From Thermoplasmatota archaeon (lineage in GTDB: Archaea; Thermoplasmatota; E2; JACPAO01; JAHFTW01): a stretch of DNA of 64,000 nucleotides. The translations under genes and the position numbers were made by a program. Positions within the stretch are counted from its first letter, which is position 1, and each line of letters starts with the position of its first letter. Below, piece by piece: positions 45,798 to 55,492 of the stretch. Where the stretch lies: the NCBI GenBank assembly GCA_041601615.1, contig JBFIHX010000001.1:32001-96000 (forward strand), given 5' to 3'. The notes beneath the pieces are model-generated. The model was not told the origin of the DNA, did not search any database, and was given only the letters and a program-made list of their open reading frames with translations.

Positions 45798-45870
45798 AGC
45801 CCCCTAGTGTAGTGGTCAATCATCTGGGATTCTGGTTCCTGGGACTGCGGTTCGAATCCGCAGGGGGCTA
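45798..45870 (+). tRNA. tRNA-Gln (anticodon CTG)
   Basis: AGCCCCC/GGGGGCT acceptor stem (A1-U72, archaeal Gln type), loop TTCTGGT, GGTTCGAATCC; followed by a T tract. Confidence 0.93.
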
Positions 45871-46119
45871 TTTTGTGCACTGTGGCACTCGTGTCGCTCC
45901 TGATTTTTTCAGCTTAAGCGGCGCGGGTGCTGCTGTTTTTTGGCCCCGGCTCGAACGCGTTTTCGGCTGTTTATGGAGAAAAAACCCATGCGCCAAAGCG
46001 CCGCTTGGCCCATTACAGACTTGGGTTCTTCTTGCGCGGTCTTGCCCGCGAGGCTCCTTCGATTCTGCGGCGACTTTTTTTGAGCCTGTTTTTCGCCTCG
46101 GTCTGGTCGATTCTTCGAC

Positions 46120-46809
46120 TCAAACGGGTGATCCAAACAGCACGAAGATGAGCAAGGCGATGCTTGCGAGGAGGGCTCCGGTGTAAGCGAGTTTGCTCCA
46201 TCGCAGAATTTTTTTGCCGTCCAGAGGACCGAAGGGGAGCAAGTTGAAGACGGCGAGGAACGCGTTGACGAGGGCGAGGGTTTCGGCGATGAGGTGGCCG
46301 AGGCTCTCGGTGTTGGCGGTCCAGACAAAGGGGAGGGCGACCAGTGCGATGACGAAGTTGGTGGCGGGCCCCATGAGGCTGATGAGGCCGTTTTCTCGTT
46401 GGGTGACACGGCCCCAGATGTGGACGGCTCCGGGGGCAGCAAAGAGGAATCCGGCGCCAAGTGCGACGGCGACGCTGATGGCGAGGCCGGCGAATTGGGC
46501 GCGGAATTCTGCCCAGTGACCGTAGCGTTGGGCGAGGACTTTGTGGGCAAGTTCGTGCAGGACGAAGCCGCTGCCGACGGCGATGAAGGAGGCGAGGTAG
46601 ATGCTTGGGGGAGCTTGGAGGCGGTCTTGGAGGTCCATGCGGCCCATGGTGGGGCTGTTGACGCGTTCGTGTAGGATGAAGGCGAATGCGAGGGTGAGGA
46701 GGACGACGGAGCCGATGAGGTGGAGCACCTCGTGGCGGCTGAAGCTGATGCGGGGTTCGGGCGCGGGCAGGGGTGCTCCGGGGTTGGAAACGTACTGCGA
46801 GCCGTTCAT
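46120..46809 (-). CDS. M50-family Zn metalloprotease (short archaeal type)
   Basis: HELAH, FAAPGAV, GPATN, FNLLPFGPLDG. Confidence 0.9.
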   Translation of the reverse strand: MNGSQYVSNPGAPLPAPEPRISFSRHEVLHLIGSVVLLTLAFAFILHERVNSPTMGRMDLQDRLQAPPSIYLASFIAVGSGFVLHELAHKVLAQRYGHWAEFRAQFAGLAISVAVALGAGFLFAAPGAVHIWGRVTQRENGLISLMGPATNFVIALVALPFVWTANTESLGHLIAETLALVNAFLAVFNLLPFGPLDGKKILRWSKLAYTGALLASIALLIFVLFGSPV

Positions 46810-46810
46810 A

Positions 46811-47992
46811 TTAGCCTCCAAAGACCGCGGTGTAGAGTTGGCTGGCGGCGATGTAGGTGCCGATGGTGCTGCCGAGGTTGGCGAGTGCCGTGACGAGGAT
46901 GATGCGTACGACGCCGTTGCCCCAGAAGCCGCGGAAGGTCTCGATGTCGCGGATTTCTTGGAAGTCGCCGACGGTGGGGGTGCGGATTTTGGCTTCGACC
47001 AGGCCGGCAAACCAGCCGGCGGCGAGCGTGGGATTGACGCTAGTGATGGGGGCGGCGACGAAGGCCGTGAGGATGGTGAGGATGTGGCCGCCGGCTAGTG
47101 CTGCGCCGAGGGCGCTGAGGGTGCCGTTGACGAGAATCCAGACCAGAACTGCGTCCTTGAGTTCCGCATAGTTTCCTTGGTACAGGAGGACGCCGAAGCC
47201 GGCGAGTACGAGGGCGGGAACGAGGATGCCGATGGCTTTGCCGACGCCGAACCGTTTGGCGGGCAATTCATCGAGGATTTCGCGGTCGGGGCGGGTGCCT
47301 GAGTTGAGGTGGGTTTTGAGGCCGGGTATGTGTCCGGCTCCGACGACGGCGATGAGGGTGGCGCCGCCTTCTGCTTGCTCGTCGATGTGGCTGGCCATGT
47401 AGGCGTCGCGTTCGTCGATGAGGGCGACTTTGACTTTGGGCGCAAAGCGGGCAAATTCGTCGGTCATCGCGGTGATGGCGTCGGTTTCAAGGAGGGCATC
47501 CACGTCGGCGCTGGCGGTGGATTCCGCGTCTTTGTCCTTGCCCTTCGCGGGGGTCAGGATTTCGATCCAGACGTTCCAGAAAAGGCGCATTTTCTCCCAG
47601 AAGCCGAGGCTGCCGAAGCCGCGCTTGAGGGTGATGCTGACGTCGCGGTCGATGAGAACCACTTCGGCGCCCACTTCATCGGCGACTTGGACGGCGCGAA
47701 GCATGTCCATGCCGGGGCTGACGCCGGTTTCTTTGCCGACGCGGCTTTGCATATTGGCCAAATAAAGCTGGAGCAGGAACAGGTGCTGTTTTTTCTCGCG
47801 CAGCACTTGCACGATGTCGGTTTTTTGCCACGCTTCGGGGTCGCGAAGCGCATCAAATCGGCGGGTGTCCAGTTCCACGAGGACCTTCTGGGGCCGTCGC
47901 TCGCGGATGGTCTCCTCTACGGTCCGGACACTGGTTGCAGAAACATGGGCGGTCCCTACTAGGACAACACCTTCTCGTACCTCTTCAATCAC
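46811..47992 (-). CDS. TraB/PrgY (TIKI) family protein
   Basis: VGTAHVS, VELD, IDRD, LIDERDAYMA, VVGAGH, C-terminal TM region. Confidence 0.92.
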   Translation of the reverse strand: MIEEVREGVVLVGTAHVSATSVRTVEETIRERRPQKVLVELDTRRFDALRDPEAWQKTDIVQVLREKKQHLFLLQLYLANMQSRVGKETGVSPGMDMLRAVQVADEVGAEVVLIDRDVSITLKRGFGSLGFWEKMRLFWNVWIEILTPAKGKDKDAESTASADVDALLETDAITAMTDEFARFAPKVKVALIDERDAYMASHIDEQAEGGATLIAVVGAGHIPGLKTHLNSGTRPDREILDELPAKRFGVGKAIGILVPALVLAGFGVLLYQGNYAELKDAVLVWILVNGTLSALGAALAGGHILTILTAFVAAPITSVNPTLAAGWFAGLVEAKIRTPTVGDFQEIRDIETFRGFWGNGVVRIILVTALANLGSTIGTYIAASQLYTAVFGG

Positions 47993-48101
47993 CGCGCTCC
48001 GGTGACGGACTTGGCGGTGGCTCTAAGCGTCTCCGGTCCAGACAGCGGGCCCTGGGGCGCCCACTGCAACCGCTATGAAGGGGGGCCGTGTCGGCCGACC
48101 C

Positions 48102-48659
48102 ATGGGCGCGATCATTGTCACCGGCATCCCAGGTGTCGGCAAGACGACCGTGATGGAGGCCGCCGCCTCACAGGCCGGCTGTGATATCGCTGTGTATGGC
48201 TCCGTGATGTTCGCGGTCGCCTCCGAGCAGGGTCTTGTGGAGCACCGTGACGAGATGCGCCGACTTGACCCAGAGGTTCAGAAGAAGGTCCAGCGCGCCG
48301 CCGCCGAGCGCATTGCAGCCATGGGAGACGTGGTCGTGGACACCCACTGTACCATCAAGACGCCCAAGGGCTACCTTCCTGGCCTGCCCGCTTGGGTTCT
48401 GACGAGCCTTATGCCCAGCACCATTGTGCTCGTGGAGGCCGACGCCGCCGAGATCCAGGGCCGCCGTGCTGGCGACGAGACCCGGGTTCGCGACGTGGAC
48501 AGCCTTGAGGCCATCGCGGAACACCAGGAGTACAACCGGCGCTTTGCCGCTTCCTACGCCACACTCACCGGCGCCACCGTGCACACCGTCTACAACCACG
48601 ACGGCAAAGTGGACGACGCCATTCGCCAAATCCTGCCCGTCGTGGGCGTCACCGCCTGA
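48102..48659 (+). CDS. adkA: Archaeal adenylate kinase
   Basis: TGIPGVGKTT, RDEMRRL, VDTHCTIKTPKGYLPGLP. Confidence 0.95.
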   Translation: MGAIIVTGIPGVGKTTVMEAAASQAGCDIAVYGSVMFAVASEQGLVEHRDEMRRLDPEVQKKVQRAAAERIAAMGDVVVDTHCTIKTPKGYLPGLPAWVLTSLMPSTIVLVEADAAEIQGRRAGDETRVRDVDSLEAIAEHQEYNRRFAASYATLTGATVHTVYNHDGKVDDAIRQILPVVGVTA

Positions 48660-48667
48660 GGACCATC

Positions 48668-49327
48668 ATGGCCGCATCACCCCCCGCCGCACCTGCCCGC
48701 AAACCTGGATCGTTCCTGAATATCGTGCTGTTTGTCGCGATGTTCTACATCATCCTGCAACCGAAGATCCGCAACGCCATGGGCGAAGGCCTGGACAAGG
48801 TGCTTGGTCCTGTCATCGGGTTCGACGGCCGCTACCCTGTGCTCACCATCATGATTGCGGGTGCCTTGATGGTGTTGTTCACCACCGCCGTGCGCCACTT
48901 CACCACCGATTGGCTGGACATGGCCAAGAACCAGGCGTTCATGCGTGAGTTCCAGAAGGAGTTCTCGAAGGCGCGCAAGGAAAACAACACCTACCGCATC
49001 AAGAAGCTCACCGAGAAGCAGCCGGAAGTGATGCAGAAGCAGTCGGAGATGAGCAGCAAGCAACTCAAGACCATGCCGTACACGATGATCATCGTCGTGC
49101 CGCTGTTTGCCTGGCTCTTTCACTTCCTGACAGCGACGGTGGACTACACGTTCTACTCCAACCCCTGGAACCCCAACGTGGACATGTTCAGCACGAATGT
49201 GTTTCCCAACTGGATTTTGCTCTACATGACGCTCAGCATTCCTGTGGGTGCTTTGGTGCAAAAGAGCATGAAGTACCTCTCCTGGAAGGAACGCTGGCAA
49301 GACCGCCACCCCGACGTCCACGAGTAG
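48668..49327 (+). CDS. DUF106/EMC3-TMCO1 (Oxa1 superfamily) membrane insertase
   Basis: TM-coiled coil-TM layout, WILLY motif; conserved position between adk and cmk. Confidence 0.85.
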   Translation: MAASPPAAPARKPGSFLNIVLFVAMFYIILQPKIRNAMGEGLDKVLGPVIGFDGRYPVLTIMIAGALMVLFTTAVRHFTTDWLDMAKNQAFMREFQKEFSKARKENNTYRIKKLTEKQPEVMQKQSEMSSKQLKTMPYTMIIVVPLFAWLFHFLTATVDYTFYSNPWNPNVDMFSTNVFPNWILLYMTLSIPVGALVQKSMKYLSWKERWQDRHPDVHE

Positions 49328-49336
49328 GGCCCGGAC

Positions 49337-49909
49337 ATGGTGGTTGTAACTGTCGGGGGACTCCCCGGTACCGGAACCAGCACCCTCTGCGGCGTTCTTC
49401 AGAAGGCGACCGGCCTCAGGTACGTCTACGCCGGCCGCATCTTTCGTGAAGAAGCGCGCAGGCGCGGCATGGAGCTTGCTGCGTTTGGCGCATTGTGCCA
49501 GACGGATCCCAGTGTGGACCAGGCCCTCGACGCCCAGCAAGTGGAACTCCTGAAGGGCGACGAATTGCTGTTGGAGGGGCGCCTCGCGGGGTGGCTGGCG
49601 CATCAAAACCGTATCCGGGCGCTCAAGGTCTGGGTCGTCTGCGACGAAACCGAGCGCGTGCGGCGCCTCGTGGACCGAGACGGCGGCACCCTTGGCGAAC
49701 AAGCGGGCAAGGCGGCGGCACGCGAGCAAAGCGAAGCGGACCGCTACCGGCGCTACTACGGCATCGACCTTGCGGACTTTGCCCCCTATGACTTGGTGTT
49801 GGATTCGACGCACAAATTGCCGCAGGAACTGGCGCAAGAAGTTCTCGCGCTGCTCCACCAAGGATTCGACGCCGCCCCGGACGCGCCGGGCGCAAGCACA
49901 TCGTCTTAA
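49337..49909 (+). CDS. cmk: Archaeal cytidylate kinase
   Basis: GGLPGTGTST, AGRIFRE, EGRLAGW, RYRRYYGID, YDLVLDS. Confidence 0.93.
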   Translation: MVVVTVGGLPGTGTSTLCGVLQKATGLRYVYAGRIFREEARRRGMELAAFGALCQTDPSVDQALDAQQVELLKGDELLLEGRLAGWLAHQNRIRALKVWVVCDETERVRRLVDRDGGTLGEQAGKAAAREQSEADRYRRYYGIDLADFAPYDLVLDSTHKLPQELAQEVLALLHQGFDAAPDAPGASTSS

Positions 49910-49932
49910 GAGCGGCCTTCTGTCGCCGGTCC

Positions 49933-50940
49933 GTGTCCGAACGAAGCGGCGTCCTGCCCGCCGAGCGCCCCCGCAAGCGCGTTGTGCGCATGGCTAGCAA
50001 CACGGACCCGGCGTTTGGCAAGAAGCCCGCCGACCGAACCGCCGAGGAGCGCCTTGCCTGCGGGGTTGTCTGCCTCGACAAACCGAGCGGCCCCACGAGC
50101 CACCAAGTGGCAGCGTGGCTGCGCAATGCCTTGGACGTTCGGGACGTGGGCCACGGAGGCACCCTGGACCCCAAGGTCACCGGTGTGCTCCCGGTCACCG
50201 TCGGATCGGCCACCAAGGTCGTCTCGGCTTTGCTGACCAGCGGCAAGGAATACGTCGCTGTGTGTCGTTTGCACGAGGAAGTGGACGAGGAGATGATCCG
50301 CCGCGTGGTTGCTCGCCAATTCGTCGGTAAGGTCCAGCAGACTCCGCCCGTGCGCAGTGCCGTCGCCCGCCGCCCCCGCATCCGCCGCGTCTACTACAAC
50401 GACGTGCTCGAAGTGAACGGCCGCGATGTCTTGATGCGCATCGGTTGCCAAGCAGGCACCTACATTCGGACCCTATGCGTGGATCTTGGTCGCGAACTGG
50501 GCACCCGGGGCCACATGCAGGAACTGCGCCGCAGCCGCACGGGCCTCTTCAAGGAAGACGACCTCGTAACCCTCCACGATGCGCTGGACGCGCGCATCTT
50601 CATGGAAGCCGGCGACCCCAGTTGGATGCTGGACGTGGTGCGCCCGGTCGAGGACGTTACCTCGCACTTGAACAAGATCGTGCTGCGAGACACCGCCATC
50701 GATGCGGTTTGTCACGGCGCGCCCCTGGCGGTCATCGGTATTGCCGCGCTCGACTCGGGCATTGAAGTGGGCGAAACCGTTGCCTTTGAGACCCTCAAAG
50801 GCGAATTGGTCGGGCTTGGAGAAGCCGACATGACCACACAGCAGATCCTTGCCTCCGAAAAGGGCCTCGCGGCTCGTGTGCAAAGGGTTGTCATGCGCAA
50901 GGGAACATACCCTCGCACGTGGAAGAACCGCCGGGCCTAG
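49933..50940 (+). CDS. cbf5: H/ACA pseudouridine synthase Cbf5 (TruB family)
   Basis: LDKPSGPTSHQV, GHGGTLDPKVTG, QTPPVRSAV, GTYIRTLC, PUA domain, YPRTWK. Confidence 0.96.
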   Translation: MSERSGVLPAERPRKRVVRMASNTDPAFGKKPADRTAEERLACGVVCLDKPSGPTSHQVAAWLRNALDVRDVGHGGTLDPKVTGVLPVTVGSATKVVSALLTSGKEYVAVCRLHEEVDEEMIRRVVARQFVGKVQQTPPVRSAVARRPRIRRVYYNDVLEVNGRDVLMRIGCQAGTYIRTLCVDLGRELGTRGHMQELRRSRTGLFKEDDLVTLHDALDARIFMEAGDPSWMLDVVRPVEDVTSHLNKIVLRDTAIDAVCHGAPLAVIGIAALDSGIEVGETVAFETLKGELVGLGEADMTTQQILASEKGLAARVQRVVMRKGTYPRTWKNRRA

Positions 50941-51932
50941 TTTCCTTGCACGCTGCCCTCGCTGCCGTCGGCCTCGACCTGCGCTTTAGTGAATACTGGT
51001 TGTTGGTGTGGGCTGGCGCCGCCGTGACGGGGATTCTGTATTCCATTCTAGCTCGCGAGCGTCCACCCGGAGCGGCCCGCAGCGTCGGCCTCGGACTCAT
51101 GAGTGTGCCCGTTTGGATGGCGATTTGGGGCTTCGTGGACAGCATTTCGGTGCTCACGGACCCCAACAGTGTGCTGCGTCCCATCAGCCGTGCGGGCCTG
51201 AGCCGCACCTACGCTCATGGATTGATTCGAGACATTGGCTACCTTGGCTCCGGCTTTTTGCTATGGACTCTGCACCAGGGCTTCCCCTTGCGGGTGCGGG
51301 AACTGGCCGCTCGTTTGCGTGATGAGGGCTTTCCCATGGGTCGCAGCGGCCGCGAGAGCACGAGCAGCCTACACGGCTACGCTTGGTTTCCGGTCCTGCT
51401 TCTGGGCACCATTGCATTCAACCTCCTCATTCGCCAAGCGGCGCCCGCCTTGAACAACGGCAACGAGAGCGACGTATGGGCCAACCTAACCCTGTACCAC
51501 GTCGTGATGATCAGCTTGACAGCGGCGTTCACGGAGGAACTGGTCTACCGGGTCTTCTTGCTCGCCGTTTTGCAGCGCATCCTGTTGCGCGTCGGCGCCA
51601 GTGCACGCGCCAGCATCATCGGTGCCGTAGTGGGTCAGGCGATCTTGTTTGGGCTTGCCCACGCCGGGTACGGCACTTGGAGTCATGTCCTGCTGCCCGC
51701 GGGGTTCGGCATCATCGCCGGCATCGCGGCGGTGCGCTTTGGGCTCTGGAGTGCCATTGTCTTGCATTTTCTTGTGGACATCTACGCACTTGGGGCGCAG
51801 TTGTTCACGGAGCTGCCGTGGTTTGCTGCCTTCTTGACGTGGGGGCTCTTGGTGAACATCGCGGTAGCCCTAGGCATCGGCCTCCGGTGGGCGTGGACGA
51901 ATCTGCGGCCGGCGCCCCCGTCGGCGTCCTAG
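50919..51932 (+). CDS. CPBP/Abi (CAAX protease-like) intramembrane metalloprotease, start uncertain
   Basis: EELVYR, FGLAH, AIVLHF..D motifs; multiple TM segments. Confidence 0.85.
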   Translation: MEEPPGLVSLHAALAAVGLDLRFSEYWLLVWAGAAVTGILYSILARERPPGAARSVGLGLMSVPVWMAIWGFVDSISVLTDPNSVLRPISRAGLSRTYAHGLIRDIGYLGSGFLLWTLHQGFPLRVRELAARLRDEGFPMGRSGRESTSSLHGYAWFPVLLLGTIAFNLLIRQAAPALNNGNESDVWANLTLYHVVMISLTAAFTEELVYRVFLLAVLQRILLRVGASARASIIGAVVGQAILFGLAHAGYGTWSHVLLPAGFGIIAGIAAVRFGLWSAIVLHFLVDIYALGAQLFTELPWFAAFLTWGLLVNIAVALGIGLRWAWTNLRPAPPSAS

Positions 51933-51941
51933 GGGCCGGCT

Positions 51942-54134
51942 TCAAAGCGGCACCATCGCGTCCAGTGCTTGCGCAAGCCGCTTCGCGTAGTGCCTGCGAT
52001 CAATGGCGGGCGCCCGTACTCCCGGCAATCCCAGGGGTGCCACGCGCTGTGCTTCTGGGATTCCCGGGCCACCGCGCTGCACCACGTACTGGACGCGTTG
52101 GCCCGGTTGCACGTCGCAGCCAGCACGTCGCAGGGTTCGCAATGCGGCGGCGGTGAGGGTGTTGGCCTTGTAGTGGTCTGGGTCGCGGGTGACGGTGATG
52201 GTGACGGCAAGATCCGCTAGGGGGACGCGGCCGGCTTCTAGGTCGGCAAGAAACGGGTGGGTGGCGGCGCGGGCGCGGGGCAGGGCGGCGCGGAACTCGT
52301 TTTCCGTGCGTGCTTCGGCTAGAACTTCGAGGACCGCTTCGATGGCCTTGGACAACCAGGGCGGCGAGTCGTGGCGGCGCGTGGCGATGCCGCGTTGCTT
52401 GACGATGCCTTGGTCGTTGCAGGCGTAGTAGCGATTGGGGGCTCCGACGAGGGGACCGTGGGTTTTGGCGGAGAGCGTTACCATCCAACGGTAGTGGTCT
52501 TCTACGTCCAGGGGCACGCCGACGGCTTGGGTGATGGCGCGGGCGAGGCGGTTGGCATCGGTGCGCGTGGCGCCTGGTTTGTGCAAAAATAGGCTGTCTG
52601 TGAGGCCGTGTACGAGGTTCCAGCCGTCTCGTTCGGCGACTTCGCGGGCAGTGGTCATGCCTTCGCGGCCGCCTGCTTGGATGGCTTGGTGTACTTCGGC
52701 GCAGCCGTATCGGGCGTGTTTGTAGCGAGCGTACCCGAAGCAGACGACGCCGATGGCCTTCAACTCGGACTTGATTGCCTTGGCCCAGGCCATGCGGTCC
52801 GGGTCTACGTCGCGGCGTCGCTCTAGGGCCTTGACGTAGCGCCGATGCAGCACGAATGGCTCCAGGGCGCCTGATTGGTGGCCTTGGCGGCGGGCGCAAA
52901 AGTGCGCTCCGAGGTCCGGCACCATGTCTGCGTCGGGGCAGCAATCGCAGTTGAGCGTGTCTGAGGAAAGGTTGCGTGAGACAATCAGACTCGGGTAGTA
53001 AGCGCCAAAATCCAATTCCCATACGTCTTCGTAGACGCCGGGCATCGGAACGTGTACCTGGCCGCCTCGGTCCACGGCGGCGAGCGTCGAGAGCGACTTC
53101 CAGCCCTCCACGAGGTTGCGTTTCCACGGTACCGCGACGCTGGCGGCTTGGGCGCGGTCGATGTGGATTTGTTGGATGCAGTAGCCGGGTGAGTGGGTGC
53201 TTACGGATTGGGCGCCTCGGTTGCTGATGCGCGACAGGTAGACGAGTCCGTGCAGGGTGTTGCGTGGGGCGCTGTCTTGCAGGAATTTGGATTTCTGGTC
53301 GATGTGCAGGCGGCCTTTGAGGTCCCAGGAGGCGGCGCGGTAGACCATTTGGCCGTAGGTGCTGAAGGATTGCTCCGGTTGCGCGGGGCGACGGGGGTCT
53401 GGGTCGCGGCCGAGGCGCACACGGGCATGGAGACCGGTGGTTTGGATGCGTTCCAGGAGCAAGGGCACGGTGCCGGTGTGGCCGTTGCGTGTCAGAAGAA
53501 CGTCTGGGTCAAGATCTGCAAGCACGCGGGCCAACGCAAGAAGGGCGTCTCGTTCTGCCGCCGCGTCCGAGCCCTTGCCGTCGTTGCTGGGATGCAGTTC
53601 TTCGCCGTCCACTTGCACCGACGTAAGCCCGCCGCCGGGGGCGGCTTCGGCGTGGATGCGCACCGCCACCAGGTCCGGCCAGCGATAATCGAGTCCGTAG
53701 CGATCTTCGCTTGGGATCGGCAGGAGTGTGCCGGGTTGCAGCGCACAAAACGGGAACAGTCCCGCCTGCCGCATCCAGCGTGACTCGACTGGATGATCTA
53801 CGTCGAAGATGTGCAACGCCGTGACTCCAAGGGCTCGCCGCAGGTCCGTGGCCACTTTGTGCATGTCCTGATAGCGCCGTGTGCGCACCCGCAGCACCGC
53901 GTGCAGAGGTCCGTTCAGTTCCAAGCGCGAGCGGCCTGGCCAGACCCGCGCCACGTCCGGGTGGGCTTGCAGCCATGCCTCGGCGTCCTTCAGAGTCCCT
54001 TGTCTGGCTGCGACGGTGAACGGTGCCTCGAAGGGCACGGAGGTGGCTTCAGGCCGTGAGCCGCGCTTGGTCCACACTCGGAGGTGCTTGCCATCCCGCG
54101 AGGGGTAGGCATCCAGCAAGAATTCCAAAGGCAT
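51942..54134 (-). CDS. Archaeal PolB2-type family B DNA polymerase (degenerate exonuclease and motif C)
   Basis: ELDFGAYYPS (motif A), K...V..FGY (motif B), HGLTDS in place of YGDTDS; GGAGGTG RBS. Confidence 0.88.
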   Translation of the reverse strand: MPLEFLLDAYPSRDGKHLRVWTKRGSRPEATSVPFEAPFTVAARQGTLKDAEAWLQAHPDVARVWPGRSRLELNGPLHAVLRVRTRRYQDMHKVATDLRRALGVTALHIFDVDHPVESRWMRQAGLFPFCALQPGTLLPIPSEDRYGLDYRWPDLVAVRIHAEAAPGGGLTSVQVDGEELHPSNDGKGSDAAAERDALLALARVLADLDPDVLLTRNGHTGTVPLLLERIQTTGLHARVRLGRDPDPRRPAQPEQSFSTYGQMVYRAASWDLKGRLHIDQKSKFLQDSAPRNTLHGLVYLSRISNRGAQSVSTHSPGYCIQQIHIDRAQAASVAVPWKRNLVEGWKSLSTLAAVDRGGQVHVPMPGVYEDVWELDFGAYYPSLIVSRNLSSDTLNCDCCPDADMVPDLGAHFCARRQGHQSGALEPFVLHRRYVKALERRRDVDPDRMAWAKAIKSELKAIGVVCFGYARYKHARYGCAEVHQAIQAGGREGMTTAREVAERDGWNLVHGLTDSLFLHKPGATRTDANRLARAITQAVGVPLDVEDHYRWMVTLSAKTHGPLVGAPNRYYACNDQGIVKQRGIATRRHDSPPWLSKAIEAVLEVLAEARTENEFRAALPRARAATHPFLADLEAGRVPLADLAVTITVTRDPDHYKANTLTAAALRTLRRAGCDVQPGQRVQYVVQRGGPGIPEAQRVAPLGLPGVRAPAIDRRHYAKRLAQALDAMVPL

Positions 54135-54399
54135 CACCTCCTGCGTGCTGTTCGAGTCGATCCACGCGCTCCAGGAGGGCCCGGTTCTGGGCTTGGGTGT
54201 GCAGCAGCATGGACAGCAGGATGTTGGAGCGCGGGTCCATGTCGCCGGCACGGTTGCGGGCGGCGGCGGTGCGGTAGGAGGCCTGCAACAATTCGTCGTA
54301 GGCAGCGCGCAGGTCGCGGGGAAGTTCGCGGCGGAACGAGGAGAGGCGGGATTCGAAGTCGGCGACTTCGCGAGTCGGGGTGGGAACGCTCTGGCCCAT
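54049..54399 (-). CDS. Small helical PolB2-associated protein (arCOG07300-like)
   Basis: MGQSVPT...FRREL...YDEL...DP..NILLSMLL...coiled coil; lies between RadA-like and PolB2 genes. Confidence 0.78.
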   Translation of the reverse strand: MGQSVPTPTREVADFESRLSSFRRELPRDLRAAYDELLQASYRTAAARNRAGDMDPRSNILLSMLLHTQAQNRALLERVDRLEQHAGGDAFGILAGCLPLAGWQAPPSVDQARLTA

Positions 54400-54553
54400 G
54401 AGAGTAGCTATGTCGGGCCTATTGGATGGGGGTGGCGCCGGGAGGGGGCAGAAACGGGCAAAGACGGCGACGAGGCCTTGCATCCTGTTTGTGGGGCAAA
54501 GGCCGGGGAGAAGCGCCATGGATATGTGGGAAAAGCCTGCGCGGCCCCGATTT

Positions 54554-55276
54554 TTATCGAGTGAAAGCACGATGGGGTCGCAGGGGCGCGGGGCCCGAAA
54601 CCGATACGGGAACGACCCTGCGCGGTTCAGGCACGAGGTAGTCGGTGATGCGCCTCTGCGCTGTCCTTGGCCGCACCAGCACCGTCCCGTCTTGGTCCGT
54701 GACGCGCCAGCCGCGGCCTTCTACGACAACGTGCCGTCGTTCGGGCACCGCCTGGGTGATTCGTGTGGCGAGCAGGGGTGCGCGTCGGCTGAAGCGGGCC
54801 AAGTCCAGACTCCACAGCATCGGTACGCCGTGGGCGCGGGCGAGGCGGTGTGCGGCGGCGATGTGGGCGTCGAGGTACTGTTCCTGTTCCCAGTCTGTGG
54901 TTTCCTCGCGAAGCAATTGCGCATCAAATGGGGCCGCCACCACGAGGCCGGCCTGGATCGCGTGCAGTTGTTGTTCGAGGCCCTCTGTGAGGCAAGCATC
55001 CCATTGGAACGGCGTCATGGCGCGGCGAATCAGGGTCCGTTCGGCGCCATGGTCGGCGCTGCAGCCGTGCATGAGGTGTTGGAAACCCACTTGGTGTGGG
55101 TCGATGCAGTGGGCGCCGTCGAGCACCAACACGGCGTCGGGGGTGGCGTGGGTGGCGTCGGCCAGGAGTGCGTGGTGGAAGGCGCGCAGGCTGCGTCGGT
55201 CGCCTGTCAGGAGCACGGGTGCGGCGGGAAGGTCTCCGAGCCACGCCATAGAATGGGTTTGGTTCGATGCGGACAA
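54554..55276 (-). CDS. Inactivated RadA/RecA-like protein of the PolB2 cassette
   Basis: VLVLDGAHCIDPH and IRRAMTPFQ motifs, no intact Walker A; QRRITDY tail. Confidence 0.75.
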   Translation of the reverse strand: MSASNQTHSMAWLGDLPAAPVLLTGDRRSLRAFHHALLADATHATPDAVLVLDGAHCIDPHQVGFQHLMHGCSADHGAERTLIRRAMTPFQWDACLTEGLEQQLHAIQAGLVVAAPFDAQLLREETTDWEQEQYLDAHIAAAHRLARAHGVPMLWSLDLARFSRRAPLLATRITQAVPERRHVVVEGRGWRVTDQDGTVLVRPRTAQRRITDYLVPEPRRVVPVSVSGPAPLRPHRAFTR

Positions 55277-55492
55277 GGAACTTGGGGCAGGGTGCGTGAA
55301 ACTAGATTGGTGCCCGAAGGACGCCAGAAAGAGGCAAGAAAGCGGCCAGGGGAGCCGGCTCAGCCTCGGATGGATGCCTATGCGGCGTGTTGGCGTCCAT
55401 TTTGCTTCCGCCCGCGCCCCAGCCTTGTCCCTGTAGCGGTATTACCCTGCCTTGCTGAGCTTTGATTGGGCACATCAGCCCGGGTGAACATC

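Noticed and set aside
45667-46120. Integrative element at the tRNA genes
   Set aside because: No integrase next to them and no duplicated tRNA 3' end seen; the T tracts fit convergent terminators.
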